Source: Candidatus Hermodarchaeota archaeon (GTDB taxonomy: Archaea; Asgardarchaeota; Lokiarchaeia; Sigyniarchaeales; SOKP01). From it: a stretch of DNA of 28,280 nucleotides. Made by a program: the position numbers and the translations under genes. Below the pieces are notes generated by a model that made no database searches, had not been told where the DNA came from, and saw only the letters and a list, made by a program, of their open reading frames with translations. The stretch is taken from contig JBHLLP010000046.1 in the NCBI GenBank assembly GCA_048885525.1, positions 1 to 28,280 on the forward strand. The letters run 5' to 3'. Below are positions 1-9,408 of the stretch, piece by piece. Numbering within the stretch: position 1 is the first letter of the stretch; the number at the start of each line of letters is the position of its first letter.

Positions 1-255
1 CTCCACACCCGCACTACAAAGCGTGAACTACTATTCGTACGGATGCTCCCGCCAGGGCCTGTCCGGTTTTGAAATTACGAGCTTATGTATTTCCTACAAA
101 ATACACTACTCTGTAACCCACCTATGTAGCCGATGCTTCGACGGAATATAAGAATGGATAATATTACTCATGTAATCTTAATTCAGGCAATTTCCACTAG
201 TGAGCATTTTGTGGTCCTCCCAGCATAGGGGAATCAGCCATGCCCAACTCGGCCA
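1..255 (-). ncRNA. ffs: Archaeal signal recognition particle (SRP/7S) RNA, 5' ~255 nt; 3' end lies beyond the left edge
   Basis: The minus strand reads CGGA-CAGG-CCC-UGGC-GGG-AGCA-UCCG (plus ~40-65), the SRP54-binding helix 8 motif with a CAGG/AGCA symmetric loop. It is preceded by UGUAUUUU-GUAG-GAAAUACA (helix 6 with a GNAR tetraloop, loop at 94-97). The region is GC-richer than its flanks and has no long ORF. The 5' end is approximate. Confidence 0.9.
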
Positions 256-276
256 TAGAAATATAATTCATTATAA

Positions 277-290
277 AATTTATAATTTTC
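277..290 (-). promoter_or_regulatory. Putative BRE/TATA box of the SRP RNA gene
   Basis: The minus strand reads GAAAA-TTATAAAT about 25-30 nt upstream of the inferred RNA 5' end. The AT-rich background lowers certainty. Confidence 0.5.
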
Positions 291-330
291 CTAGTGGAAT
301 TTACCTTTATTAAGATATCAGAGATTCTCG

Positions 331-495
331 CTAGTCCTTTGAAATTATTTCCTTTTTAATCTCTTTTCTTCTTATAATAGATAAGAATTCTTTTGTATCG
401 GGAAAAACATAGACAAGGGCTTCACCGTCATCGTCAATTATAATCTCTTTATAGAATTTTCCTTTAACTTTGCTATTTAAATCATTCAAAATCAT
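331..495 (-). CDS. Small hypothetical protein, 54 aa (not in the ORF track)
   Basis: Manual translation gives MILNDLNSKVKGKFYKEIIIDDDGEALVYVFPDTKEFLSIIRRKEIKKEIISKD*. It fills the gap between two minus-strand genes and has protein-like composition. Confidence 0.6.
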   Translation of the reverse strand: MILNDLNSKVKGKFYKEIIIDDDGEALVYVFPDTKEFLSIIRRKEIKKEIISKD

Positions 496-589
496 GAATT
501 AAAAATAAGAAATAGGTATTCAAATAAACTTATAGCATGGTGATAATATGTAGAATACGATAAAATAAGTAACTGAAAAAATAGTGTTA

Positions 590-1447
590 CTAATTTATGA
601 GTAGTTTCTCTAAAAATGACTTTATCTCATTATTAGCGGGCTTTCCATGATTAAATAAGCCATTTAGATATTTACTCAGAAAGACTTTTATTTCAGAGTT
701 AAGATCTTTTATGTCAACATAAATATATTTTTTTTTCAATTTTTCCCCATCTACTAATGGTTTTATGTGTTTTTCAATTAAATTCAATGTAAAATTGACT
801 ACAGCGGTATTTACTTTTTCTTTATCACTTAAAGTTAACTCATAATTACCTTGGATAGTTTGTTTTCTTACTTCATTTAAATCTAATAGTAAATTCTCCA
901 GATCTGGTGCTAATTCTAGTGATTTTATTTTAGTATGCAAATTTTCATCATTTGTATTTGGAACTTGAGCATCACAATATTTTTCTAAATTTGCATAAAA
1001 TCTGACTAGAAGTTTAAATGTATCTTCAATTTCATACATACTTTCCCAAATATTTAGATCTATACCCTTAAGAGATTTTTCAATATTTATTTTAACTTTT
1101 TCAGCAACTCCACTTAAATATTGTGCATAATCCTCAAATGGAAACCCAAAATAATAATTATTATATTTTTCTTTTATATCTTTAGCTATAACATTCTGAG
1201 ACAGAATTTTTTCTTTTTTAACAATCTCTTTCACAAATTTCATGACATAATTACAATTTGGACAATAAGTAATCCAAGTGCCCAAAATTACTTCTGAAGG
1301 TTTTGCACCACTTGAACTTATATATCCATTAAATCCTGACAATAATTTGCCATCCGAAGAAGAGAAGGTAGCTTCTTCTGGATAAAATGTTCTTGGAATG
1401 AATTTGATACCGCATAGTGGGCAATTTAGCTTTTCCTTTTTATTCAT
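590..1447 (-). CDS. Hypothetical protein: N-terminal Zn-ribbon (CPLC...CPNC) plus a DUF4145/HEPN-like helical domain
   Basis: 285-aa ORF with two CxxC pairs. The segment LHTKIKSL...LLDLNEVRKQTIQG resembles HEPN spacing but lacks the catalytic His. Confidence 0.75.
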   Translation of the reverse strand: MNKKEKLNCPLCGIKFIPRTFYPEEATFSSSDGKLLSGFNGYISSSGAKPSEVILGTWITYCPNCNYVMKFVKEIVKKEKILSQNVIAKDIKEKYNNYYFGFPFEDYAQYLSGVAEKVKINIEKSLKGIDLNIWESMYEIEDTFKLLVRFYANLEKYCDAQVPNTNDENLHTKIKSLELAPDLENLLLDLNEVRKQTIQGNYELTLSDKEKVNTAVVNFTLNLIEKHIKPLVDGEKLKKKYIYVDIKDLNSEIKVFLSKYLNGLFNHGKPANNEIKSFLEKLLIN

Positions 1448-1687
1448 AACACATTAAATTTGTTTTTAATTATTCGATAAATGACAATACAATCTCACAA
1501 TTTTTAGTAGAATTGGCTCTATAAATACGAGAATAATATGTACATATTGCTTACAAATCGATTGCCAATGAAATTTGAAAATAAAAAGAATTAATATTTA
1601 TCATACAATAAAAATTATAACTTTAAAACTTAGTAGTTAATATTGATTTGTTAATTAAAACCAAAAAATTTATGGAGAAAATAGAAG

Positions 1688-2791
1688 ATGTCAGAAGATA
1701 TCGTATATATTGATGCTATTACTCTTGAAAATTTTATGAGAGATGTTTTTATTAAATTAGGAGTTCCAGAGGTAGATGCAAATATCATTGCTGATGTACT
1801 AATTACATCAGATTTAAGAGGAATTGATTCCCACGGAATCCAGCGATGCAAAATGTATTATGATCGCATCAAAGCAGGGATTTATGAAGCAAAGACTAAG
1901 ATTGATGTAATAAAAGATGGTCCTACTACTGCGTTATTAGATGGAAATTGTGGAATGGGGCATGTTATAGCATACAAGGCAATGCAAATGGCGATTGAAA
2001 AAGCGAAGAAGTATGGATTAGGAGCAGTGGCAGTAAGAAACTCTACCCATTTTGGTATAGCAGGATATTACTCACTTATGGCGATAAAGGAAGGTATGAT
2101 TGGGCTTGCTGTTACCAACGCACGACCTTCTATTCCTCCCACTTTTGGAGCTGAACCTATGTTAGGCACAAATCCACTAACTATCGGTGCCCCTACTGAT
2201 GAGGATTTTCCATTTCTGATTGACTGTGCAACCTCAATAATACAGAGAGGAAAAGTAGAGCTCAATGCAAGGATTAATAAACTACTTCCAGAGAATACCG
2301 TTATTGACGATAAAGGTGAAATTTTGACTGATCCAAATAAAGTTTTAGAAAAAATGTTAGAAAGAAAAGCATCTTTGTTGCCATTAGGGGGAAAAGGCGA
2401 AGATACAGCAGGTTATAAAGGGTATGGTTATGCTACAGTCGTAGAACTCTTTTCTGCTGCCTTACAGGAAGGTATATATTTGAGAGATACCCTTGGAATT
2501 GTTGAAAACGGTCAAAAAAGGTTAAAAGTCGGACATTTTTTCTTAGCCATTAACACTACAAGTTTTATTGATATAAACTCGTTCAAAAAGACTGCTGGGA
2601 ATATAATGAGGGATTTAAGGAATTCCAGAAAGATTCCCGGTGAAGAAAGAATTTTTACTGCTGGGGAAAAAGAATACATTGCCGAAAAAGAGAGAAAACA
2701 AAGAGGAATCCCTCTCAATAAAAGTTTACAAAATGACATTAAGATAATGCTAAATGAATTAGGATTAGATAAATATATATTTCCTTTTTAA
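1688..2791 (+). CDS. Ldh_2 family (ComC/AllD-type malate/L-lactate/L-sulfolactate) dehydrogenase
   Basis: Family motifs DLRGIDSHG, NSTHFGIAGYY, GTNPL, DCATS and GYKGYG in a 367-aa ORF. Confidence 0.93.
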   Translation: MSEDIVYIDAITLENFMRDVFIKLGVPEVDANIIADVLITSDLRGIDSHGIQRCKMYYDRIKAGIYEAKTKIDVIKDGPTTALLDGNCGMGHVIAYKAMQMAIEKAKKYGLGAVAVRNSTHFGIAGYYSLMAIKEGMIGLAVTNARPSIPPTFGAEPMLGTNPLTIGAPTDEDFPFLIDCATSIIQRGKVELNARINKLLPENTVIDDKGEILTDPNKVLEKMLERKASLLPLGGKGEDTAGYKGYGYATVVELFSAALQEGIYLRDTLGIVENGQKRLKVGHFFLAINTTSFIDINSFKKTAGNIMRDLRNSRKIPGEERIFTAGEKEYIAEKERKQRGIPLNKSLQNDIKIMLNELGLDKYIFPF

Positions 2792-3002
2792 TAACTTTGC
2801 ATTAATTAAATTATCCAAACAAAAATTAAATTGATAAAATATAATTTTAGCAGGAGGAAAAATAGCTACTATAACAATCGCAGTAATTATCGAGGGGATT
2901 AATTTTTTATGTATTTTAAATAAGTATCTAAAATCAACCTTAAATAAAATTATAAGCACACAGAAACTTATCTAATTATTCTATAAATCAGATGCTATTT
3001 TT

Positions 3003-4160
3003 TTAAATTCTTTTTTGTGTCACAATATGTTTTCTTAATGGTGTACAATGAGGAAAAATTGTATCAATTGCACGTGAATTATTAGACCAAATTCCTGTTC
3101 CCTCAAAATAATCAACACCATGTAAATTACACGTAAGTTGTCCGATGTTATTGAGTGCTGAAAAAATCCCCTTACCGAAGTATCCTTTCTTTATCATAGC
3201 CGTGTCCACATTACAGCGTGTAATCGGTTTTCCTGCCCAGGCTTCAAATAGGTCTGGCAATCCTAATAATATTCCTACTAATTCACCAGTTTTTTTATCA
3301 AATGCCATAGGAGCGAAAGGTTCTGTCTTTTCAAGATTATAAGTTTCCCATGTTTCAATAAATTGAGGTACATCTGAATAAGTCTTTGGATTAAAACCGC
3401 CTCTTATATTATAAAAAGATTTGGGAATCTTTTGAAATGTTTCAAAAAATTCAAATATACGATTTCTCCCTGATGCATCAGGTAAAATTTCATGAAAAGA
3501 GCTGTTAGCGAGATTACGTATTTCATCAGCATAGGCATAAAGCTCCTTTATTGATACATATCTAAATTCGACATTTTTTCCAATTTTTTTTCCTTTATTC
3601 CATGATCTTTGAGTAACATATACACATGTGTATTCTGATTCTTTTTGATATCTTAAAACTTCTAAATAGTCAAGAATCCGTGAATTTGGATCATTATAGG
3701 CTACACCATATAACATTTGTTCCTCAAAACCCATAGATTGAATCCCAATACCTCCTAGATTTTTAGGAAAATTGATATTGCCTCGAATCTTTCGGATCTT
3801 ATTTTCTTTTATAAATTTCTCACATTCTTTCATTAATATGTTACATACATTGATAGAATCTGCATGAAGCCACCCAAAAGTGCCACACTTTCTACTAAAA
3901 CTTGAATAATAAGGATCAATTTGGACAATGACAAATCCGCATACTTCTGAATCATTATAACAAATAAACGGTTTTATTTTGTAGTCCGGATCAGAGAATT
4001 TATCTTCTAAATATATTACAAGCTCGGAAATTATTTTTGATTTAATTAAAGTATTAGAAACATAAAGCTGGTTTCCTAATGCTTGTTTTATTTCGCTAAA
4101 GTCATAAGATTCTTGAACGTTTATTTTTTCAGTCTTTTTTTCTCGTAATACTTGAATCAT
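3003..4160 (-). CDS. GNAT-fold (YghO-like, probably tandem GNAT) hypothetical protein
   Basis: 385 aa. GTFGWL...IRGNINFP..GGIG and YN.P..LDYLE match the YghO-like pattern. The C-terminal KKGYFGKGIF resembles an acetyl-CoA-binding motif A. Confidence 0.7.
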   Translation of the reverse strand: MIQVLREKKTEKINVQESYDFSEIKQALGNQLYVSNTLIKSKIISELVIYLEDKFSDPDYKIKPFICYNDSEVCGFVIVQIDPYYSSFSRKCGTFGWLHADSINVCNILMKECEKFIKENKIRKIRGNINFPKNLGGIGIQSMGFEEQMLYGVAYNDPNSRILDYLEVLRYQKESEYTCVYVTQRSWNKGKKIGKNVEFRYVSIKELYAYADEIRNLANSSFHEILPDASGRNRIFEFFETFQKIPKSFYNIRGGFNPKTYSDVPQFIETWETYNLEKTEPFAPMAFDKKTGELVGILLGLPDLFEAWAGKPITRCNVDTAMIKKGYFGKGIFSALNNIGQLTCNLHGVDYFEGTGIWSNNSRAIDTIFPHCTPLRKHIVTQKRI

Positions 4161-4287
4161 CTTTTTATTTCGTCTTAAAAATTTATTTAATTAAAATAAA
4201 AGCAAATTGAATATTTTTAAAGAAAAAAAACACAATTTATTTGATAGATTTTTGGTATAACTTAATTAAGGAGGCAGGTGAAGTTTT

Positions 4288-4359
4288 ATGCATAGAAAGA
4301 ATGGTTTAATACAAATAAGACACAAGAAACTTACTAACTTCAAAAAATCAAATAAGTAA
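4288..4359 (+). CDS. Candidate 23-aa basic small protein
   Basis: AAGGAGGCAGGTGA sits 6 nt before the ATG. Translation is MHRKNGLIQIRHKKLTNFKKSNK*, followed by a T-run near 4384-4401. Confidence 0.3.
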   Translation: MHRKNGLIQIRHKKLTNFKKSNK

Positions 4360-4443
4360 GTAAAGGAATAATAGTTGTTAACCTTTTTTTTTATTATTTT
4401 TGTAAAAAAAAATAGTTTAATTTAAAAATTACTCTTTCAAATT

Positions 4444-5265
4444 ATGATTATGAGTACAATTAACAGAAGTATGTTATATAAACACAGTCTTATTATTAGC
4501 ACACTTTTTGCTATTATTGTCGTGTATATTATCTATCTTTTCAATTTCGACTTAATTTTACTAGCTTTTAGAGATTATGAAGGTGCCTTACAAGTTGTAA
4601 TTGTTATCTCTATAAGAATCTTCCTTTTATTAATTATATGTATTTATTTGTTTAGTAAGTGGTTTAAACAAGAAGCTCAATTTTTATCAGATATCCCCTT
4701 CTTATTAGGTTTGTTCTTCCTTGTACTAATTTTTGGAAAAGCAACTGATTTACTCTGGAATCTTACTTTTTATACCTTTAATGATGATATTGTTTTGTTA
4801 TTTTTAAAATTCCGATTCTTTATAATTATAACAGAAGTGGCGCCTTTAATATATCTTGGTATGGAGATAATATTCTTTAGATTGGAGGATCGTTTTAGTA
4901 AATTGAAAGATAAGGATTATATGAATAGATTAAGAGTCATATTAATTACGCTAATTATTATAATAGAAACAATAATAATTATTGCTGGACCAAATTTTAC
5001 GATAATGGGGATTATTTTGCCAATCATCCTTATCCCTTCATTATTAGGAATAGTCTATATTTTTTACATGGCATATAGACTTAATCGATTAAAAGTAGTT
5101 AAACCTGGAATTTTGACAATTGGATTCTTTCTATATATGTTGTCAAATATTTTTAGACCAGTAATGCAAAATCTTCTCGGTGAAACAGCTACTTATATAA
5201 TAGTGGTTGAGATAGTAGATATTATAATTTTTGTGATAATTTTCTTAGGGTTATATAAAAAATAA
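4444..5265 (+). CDS. Polytopic membrane protein (~8 TM), unknown function
   Basis: 273-aa ORF with about eight hydrophobic segments and no soluble domain. Confidence 0.85.
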   Translation: MIMSTINRSMLYKHSLIISTLFAIIVVYIIYLFNFDLILLAFRDYEGALQVVIVISIRIFLLLIICIYLFSKWFKQEAQFLSDIPFLLGLFFLVLIFGKATDLLWNLTFYTFNDDIVLLFLKFRFFIIITEVAPLIYLGMEIIFFRLEDRFSKLKDKDYMNRLRVILITLIIIIETIIIIAGPNFTIMGIILPIILIPSLLGIVYIFYMAYRLNRLKVVKPGILTIGFFLYMLSNIFRPVMQNLLGETATYIIVVEIVDIIIFVIIFLGLYKK

Positions 5266-5450
5266 AATTCATAACAAATCTTTTATTAAATTCTTTTATT
5301 TTCTCAAATAATTCCAAAGGATTATAGGATTATTATAAATTGCATGGACAATTATTCTGGCATTTAACATAAATAAAGAGAGTAAGTTTCTTTTTTTCCT
5401 TTAAATATTTTTGTCTCAATTTAATTAAAAATCTTATTAAAAGTGATGAA

Positions 5451-6620
5451 ATGATAGAACCAAAAAATATATGTAGGAATTGTATATTACCTAACGGATT
5501 TCTTGGAGTCTCTCTTGATTCTGAAGGATTGTGTGGATTTTGTACCGATTCAGATCATAAGAATGTTAATTGGTCTCGGACAACCATAACTACTGAAAAA
5601 AGGCAAAAAGCATTAGATGACTGGAATCATGTGGTGAAGGAGATGCTAGGGAATCATGGAAAAGCTCAGTATGACTGCATTTTAGGATATTCAGGTGGAA
5701 AAGATTCCACCGCATTATTAGATTATCTGGTAAATGATGTAGGTCTAACTCCTTTGGCAGTTACTTCTGATACTGGTTTTATGACAGATATCGCAAAAAA
5801 TAATATGAAACAAACTTTGGATCAAATACAAGTAGATCACATACTCATTGAAGGCGCTATTCCCACCTTTGCAAAGCTATATAAATGGCATTTCTTTAAC
5901 CATAACTCAAATGAAATATTTCTTGCAAGATATATCTGCGATTATTGTTCTGATTTAATCCATAGTATTGTGGTAAAGGAAGCAATTAAGCGTGCAATTA
6001 AATATGTTTTTTTTGGATATTCTCCAGATCAGATATTTAGATATTTTTATGAAATGCCGAAAGAAGAAGTAATTAAAGAATGGAAAACAGAAATACTCGA
6101 GAGTTCATTTTTTGATGAATCTAATAGCCGTTGGTATCTAACTGATGAAGAAATTGAGAGTGGAAACCTTCCACGAGTGCTTCTCCCATATCATGTCATA
6201 CCATATCGAGAACAAGATATCATTGAACTTGTTGAATCAAGAAACTATATTAAAAAAGGACATGCAGATCCTCTTCTTACGAACTGCAATGTTGTGCATG
6301 CTGCAACTTGTTATGATTTTAATCGTTACGGAGGGATTCTATATGCATATCAATACGCAGAACTCGTACGACATAATCCAGAATCGAGAAAAAAATGGCT
6401 TCGGACATTAAAAATATCTGCTCCATTAATTCTTGAGAATAAATTTAAAGAAAAAGAAGTTAATGCCTTCTTACATCATATTGGAGTCACTCAGGAAGAT
6501 TTATTGGAACATATACATGAACAGTTAGAAAAAGATCCAAATAAAGCCCAGATTGAAAGAAACATTAATATGTTTAAAAAAAAACGAATAATGAAACCAA
6601 CTATTCCAGCCACATATTAA
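5451..6620 (+). CDS. PP-loop adenine nucleotide alpha-hydrolase, N-acetyl-sugar amidotransferase (WbpG-like) family
   Basis: N-terminal CRNCILP...CGFC, PP-loop YDCILGYSGGKDS, later CDYC and TNC motifs. Confidence 0.8.
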   Translation: MIEPKNICRNCILPNGFLGVSLDSEGLCGFCTDSDHKNVNWSRTTITTEKRQKALDDWNHVVKEMLGNHGKAQYDCILGYSGGKDSTALLDYLVNDVGLTPLAVTSDTGFMTDIAKNNMKQTLDQIQVDHILIEGAIPTFAKLYKWHFFNHNSNEIFLARYICDYCSDLIHSIVVKEAIKRAIKYVFFGYSPDQIFRYFYEMPKEEVIKEWKTEILESSFFDESNSRWYLTDEEIESGNLPRVLLPYHVIPYREQDIIELVESRNYIKKGHADPLLTNCNVVHAATCYDFNRYGGILYAYQYAELVRHNPESRKKWLRTLKISAPLILENKFKEKEVNAFLHHIGVTQEDLLEHIHEQLEKDPNKAQIERNINMFKKKRIMKPTIPATY

Positions 6621-6762
6621 ATTACTAATTTCTTTTTTTCTTTGTTTTAAACTTTTTTAATCTTATTTATGGTTTTTGATAAATTAGGAGAGTAGAATGT
6701 TTTATATAGCGACTTATTCTTTTAGCAAATAACGACAAAAAAAGGAATAATTATAATCCTTA

Positions 6763-6954
6763 ATGGTAATGAATCTTGAAAAATGTTTTTTAGAAATAAT
6801 TAAAAAAACAGGTCTTTCTAGGGAAGAGATCCGTGAAATGATTGATGATACAAAAAAAGAATCAAACAACCCAATTTCAGATGAAATTGCATTGCTCATC
6901 ATTGCAAAAAACTTATGTGTCGATATTTACTCAACTTTAAATTATAAATATTAA
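6763..6954 (+). CDS. Small protein resembling the N-terminal helical (DUF2240-like) domain of archaeal RPA
   Basis: KTGLSREEIREMIDDTKKE...ISDEIALLIIAKNLCVDI matches the pattern GLSxEEI...LIxxExAxxIIAKELGV. Confidence 0.65.
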   Translation: MVMNLEKCFLEIIKKTGLSREEIREMIDDTKKESNNPISDEIALLIIAKNLCVDIYSTLNYKY

Positions 6955-6964
6955 AAAAGATATA

Positions 6965-8899
6965 CTATCGAAATAAAACCCAATAAAATATCGGGAATAA
7001 GGAAAAAAGAATCGAAAATAATAGCATCCATTCTAATAATGGTGTTGGAAGAAAAAAATTCATTATAAGTGTTAATAATGGTATAATCCCTGTTAATCCT
7101 ATAATTCTTGGTATCTGTGATGCGTAATGAGATAACACTGTTCCAAACATAAATAATGCTAGAATATATCCTCCAAAAGCTATTATCGAAAATAGACTAT
7201 GTCCAATTCCAAAAGACCTATCAAGACTAAACACTCCTACAAAGATTATTCCTATACTTCCAGCAACTCCAGAAAGTAATGCAAATTTGGATATAAAATA
7301 TTTATTTTTGATTAGAGGTGGGCTAGAAGATTTCAATCGTCTTGATAAATAACAATAAAGAAACGTTGTTGTAATACCACCAATTATACATGCTATATCA
7401 AATAAAATAGGTATAGGATTCATCAATTGGGAACCAAGCTGACTTATGGTATGGGTAATAAGATCATATCCAAATGAACTAGCAAACCCAATACTCCCAA
7501 TTAGTAAACTTAGATATATTATAAGACCACTTATTAGGGTTGATTTTATGAATTTTGGGAAATTCCAAATATTTTCAAGCTTAGTTTTAAGGATTTGATA
7601 TGAAGAAAATCTCTGTAAAACTCTATTCGCTTCTTCAGGTAAAATTTTTAACTCGTTTCCTTTGTCAAATTCTAAAATCTTTAAAAGTTTACAGCCTTCA
7701 TCAATTAATTGAATCCTTTTATTTATTGAACCCTTGAACCAATTGAAGAGAATTTTATCTTCAAATACGTCTTCTTTTTTATTATAATCCCAACTTGGTA
7801 TATACCCTCTAGGTGATAATCCTGCTTCAAGAAACAATCTTTGATGCTCAGGTTTATATGCTGAAATGAAGACTTCACAATATCGAATTTTCATTTCATA
7901 TCCGTATTTAATAAATTCTTGAATAAACACAAATAACTCTTCAAGATTATTTACATGGTATTTTGTCTTCTCAAAATTTTGCACTTGAGGAGAATATAGG
8001 AATTCAAAATATGAATCGGTACCTTCAATTCTAAAACTAATTGTTTCATAACCAAACTTATCTTTTATAAACGATTTTGATAGTTTCCCTTTGATTTCAG
8101 TTATCTTAAAATTATCGAGAACCTCATCAGGATTTTGAAGTTGATAATCTCCCAAATGATATCTATCATCAGAATAAAGATAACATGTTTCAACTTGGGG
8201 AATTATTACTGGGATATGTGACGAGCGATATTTTTTTAATACCCGCTTATCGTATAATATTTGCATTATATCAGATTCAATTTTTCCAAAAAATATGTCT
8301 TTATTTGGATAAAACCCGATGGGTGCAATTCCGCAAACACACATTGAATACTGAGATTTTGCATGGGCAGTTCTATTTTCTACATACCAGGTATATATTT
8401 TGTCCTTAAACTTATGAATCATCCCGATCATAGAACCAATCATTGCTTTTGTGATATCAATAATTCCTTGATACTTCTTCTTAAGCATGAATCCTCGAAT
8501 GTATCCACGTTTATTCTCAAAATCTAAGACAAATGTAATACATCCAGCAATCTTGAAATAGGGATCTTGATAAATGATCCATTGTATTGTAGGGTCTTGT
8601 ATCATTTTTCGGACTTCATCAATATCTTCCATTTCTTTGTACGGGTATGTTCCGTTGTATAGTTCTTTATAGATTCCGACAAGATCTTCAGCATCTTCTG
8701 GTTTTGCTAATCGAAGGATTGGACTGACTTTATGTTTTTGTACTCTATCACAGAGTTGAAAATCAAGACACATCCCTCGTTTCATATCAGATTCAATTAT
8801 ATGTTTAAATGGTTTTATGAATTGATTGGTATCATTTGGAAACATCTCATTTAATGACACTGTTAAATTTTCGGAAGATCTAATTTTTTCAGATAACAT
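6965..8899 (-). CDS. GNAT-family acetyltransferase fused to a C-terminal DUF998-like membrane domain
   Basis: The GNAT part has LRLAKPEDAEDL..IYKE.Y and RGFMLKKKYQG. The last ~190 aa has about 5-6 TM with HTISQLGS, GIIFVGVFS and GHSLFS (DUF998 pattern). Confidence 0.75.
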   Translation of the reverse strand: MLSEKIRSSENLTVSLNEMFPNDTNQFIKPFKHIIESDMKRGMCLDFQLCDRVQKHKVSPILRLAKPEDAEDLVGIYKELYNGTYPYKEMEDIDEVRKMIQDPTIQWIIYQDPYFKIAGCITFVLDFENKRGYIRGFMLKKKYQGIIDITKAMIGSMIGMIHKFKDKIYTWYVENRTAHAKSQYSMCVCGIAPIGFYPNKDIFFGKIESDIMQILYDKRVLKKYRSSHIPVIIPQVETCYLYSDDRYHLGDYQLQNPDEVLDNFKITEIKGKLSKSFIKDKFGYETISFRIEGTDSYFEFLYSPQVQNFEKTKYHVNNLEELFVFIQEFIKYGYEMKIRYCEVFISAYKPEHQRLFLEAGLSPRGYIPSWDYNKKEDVFEDKILFNWFKGSINKRIQLIDEGCKLLKILEFDKGNELKILPEEANRVLQRFSSYQILKTKLENIWNFPKFIKSTLISGLIIYLSLLIGSIGFASSFGYDLITHTISQLGSQLMNPIPILFDIACIIGGITTTFLYCYLSRRLKSSSPPLIKNKYFISKFALLSGVAGSIGIIFVGVFSLDRSFGIGHSLFSIIAFGGYILALFMFGTVLSHYASQIPRIIGLTGIIPLLTLIMNFFLPTPLLEWMLLFSILFSLFPIFYWVLFR

Positions 8900-9047
8900 T
8901 TTGTTGAATTTTTATTTCTTATATTGTGAGCTTTACAAAGATTTAACTACGAATTTTGCGAGTATATTTAAATAAAAATTAAATCAGAAAAAGCGGACTT
9001 TTTCCTTTAAATATAAAATTATAGACTGGACAAATTTATCCAAAATG

Positions 9048-9404
9048 TTAGATAGTATTTTCCAATTTACTTTTTAATTTTGAATAAATAGCATTTATAC
9101 GCAACCCTACTTCTTCAAGAAGCTTACTTTTTTTATCTAATTCTAGTTTTTGATTATTATCAGGACTATCTGTGAATTCTTTTAAATCTTTTTTTGTTGT
9201 AATTTGTTTATGATAAAAGTGAAATAAATCAACAATTTTTTGAAGAGCTTCTGCCCTAAATTCTACAATTTTTCTACGCAGTTCTTTTGCTGACAGCGTA
9301 CCAAGACTCACATTATCAATTGCCCTTCTTAAAGCTGTAAGATTATCATTATCAAACATTATGTTTTCTACCATTTTATAGAGATTTTCTTTCTTTGCTA
9401 ACAT
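9048..9404 (-). CDS. Small helical hypothetical protein (~118 aa), last gene of the membrane operon
   Basis: The ORF track starts at 9419, but GAGGAG precedes the ATG at 9404, four nt after the upstream stop codon. Confidence 0.75.
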   Translation of the reverse strand: MLAKKENLYKMVENIMFDNDNLTALRRAIDNVSLGTLSAKELRRKIVEFRAEALQKIVDLFHFYHKQITTKKDLKEFTDSPDNNQKLELDKKSKLLEEVGLRINAIYSKLKSKLENTI

Positions 9405-9408
9405 GCTT

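Noticed and set aside
1-255. RNase P RNA, rRNA or tRNA identity for the GC-richer left end
   Set aside because: It lacks their hallmark motifs, and SRP helices 6 and 8 explain it.
192-299. 9-bp inverted repeat TTCCACTAG/CTAGTGGAA
   Set aside because: It is short, one arm lies inside the SRP RNA and the other upstream of its promoter, so it is probably chance.
2765-2959. 64-aa minus-strand ORF with a hydrophobic stretch
   Set aside because: It has a GTG start without an RBS, overlaps the dehydrogenase 3' end and is low-complexity AT-rich sequence. It could be a remnant but is unsupported.
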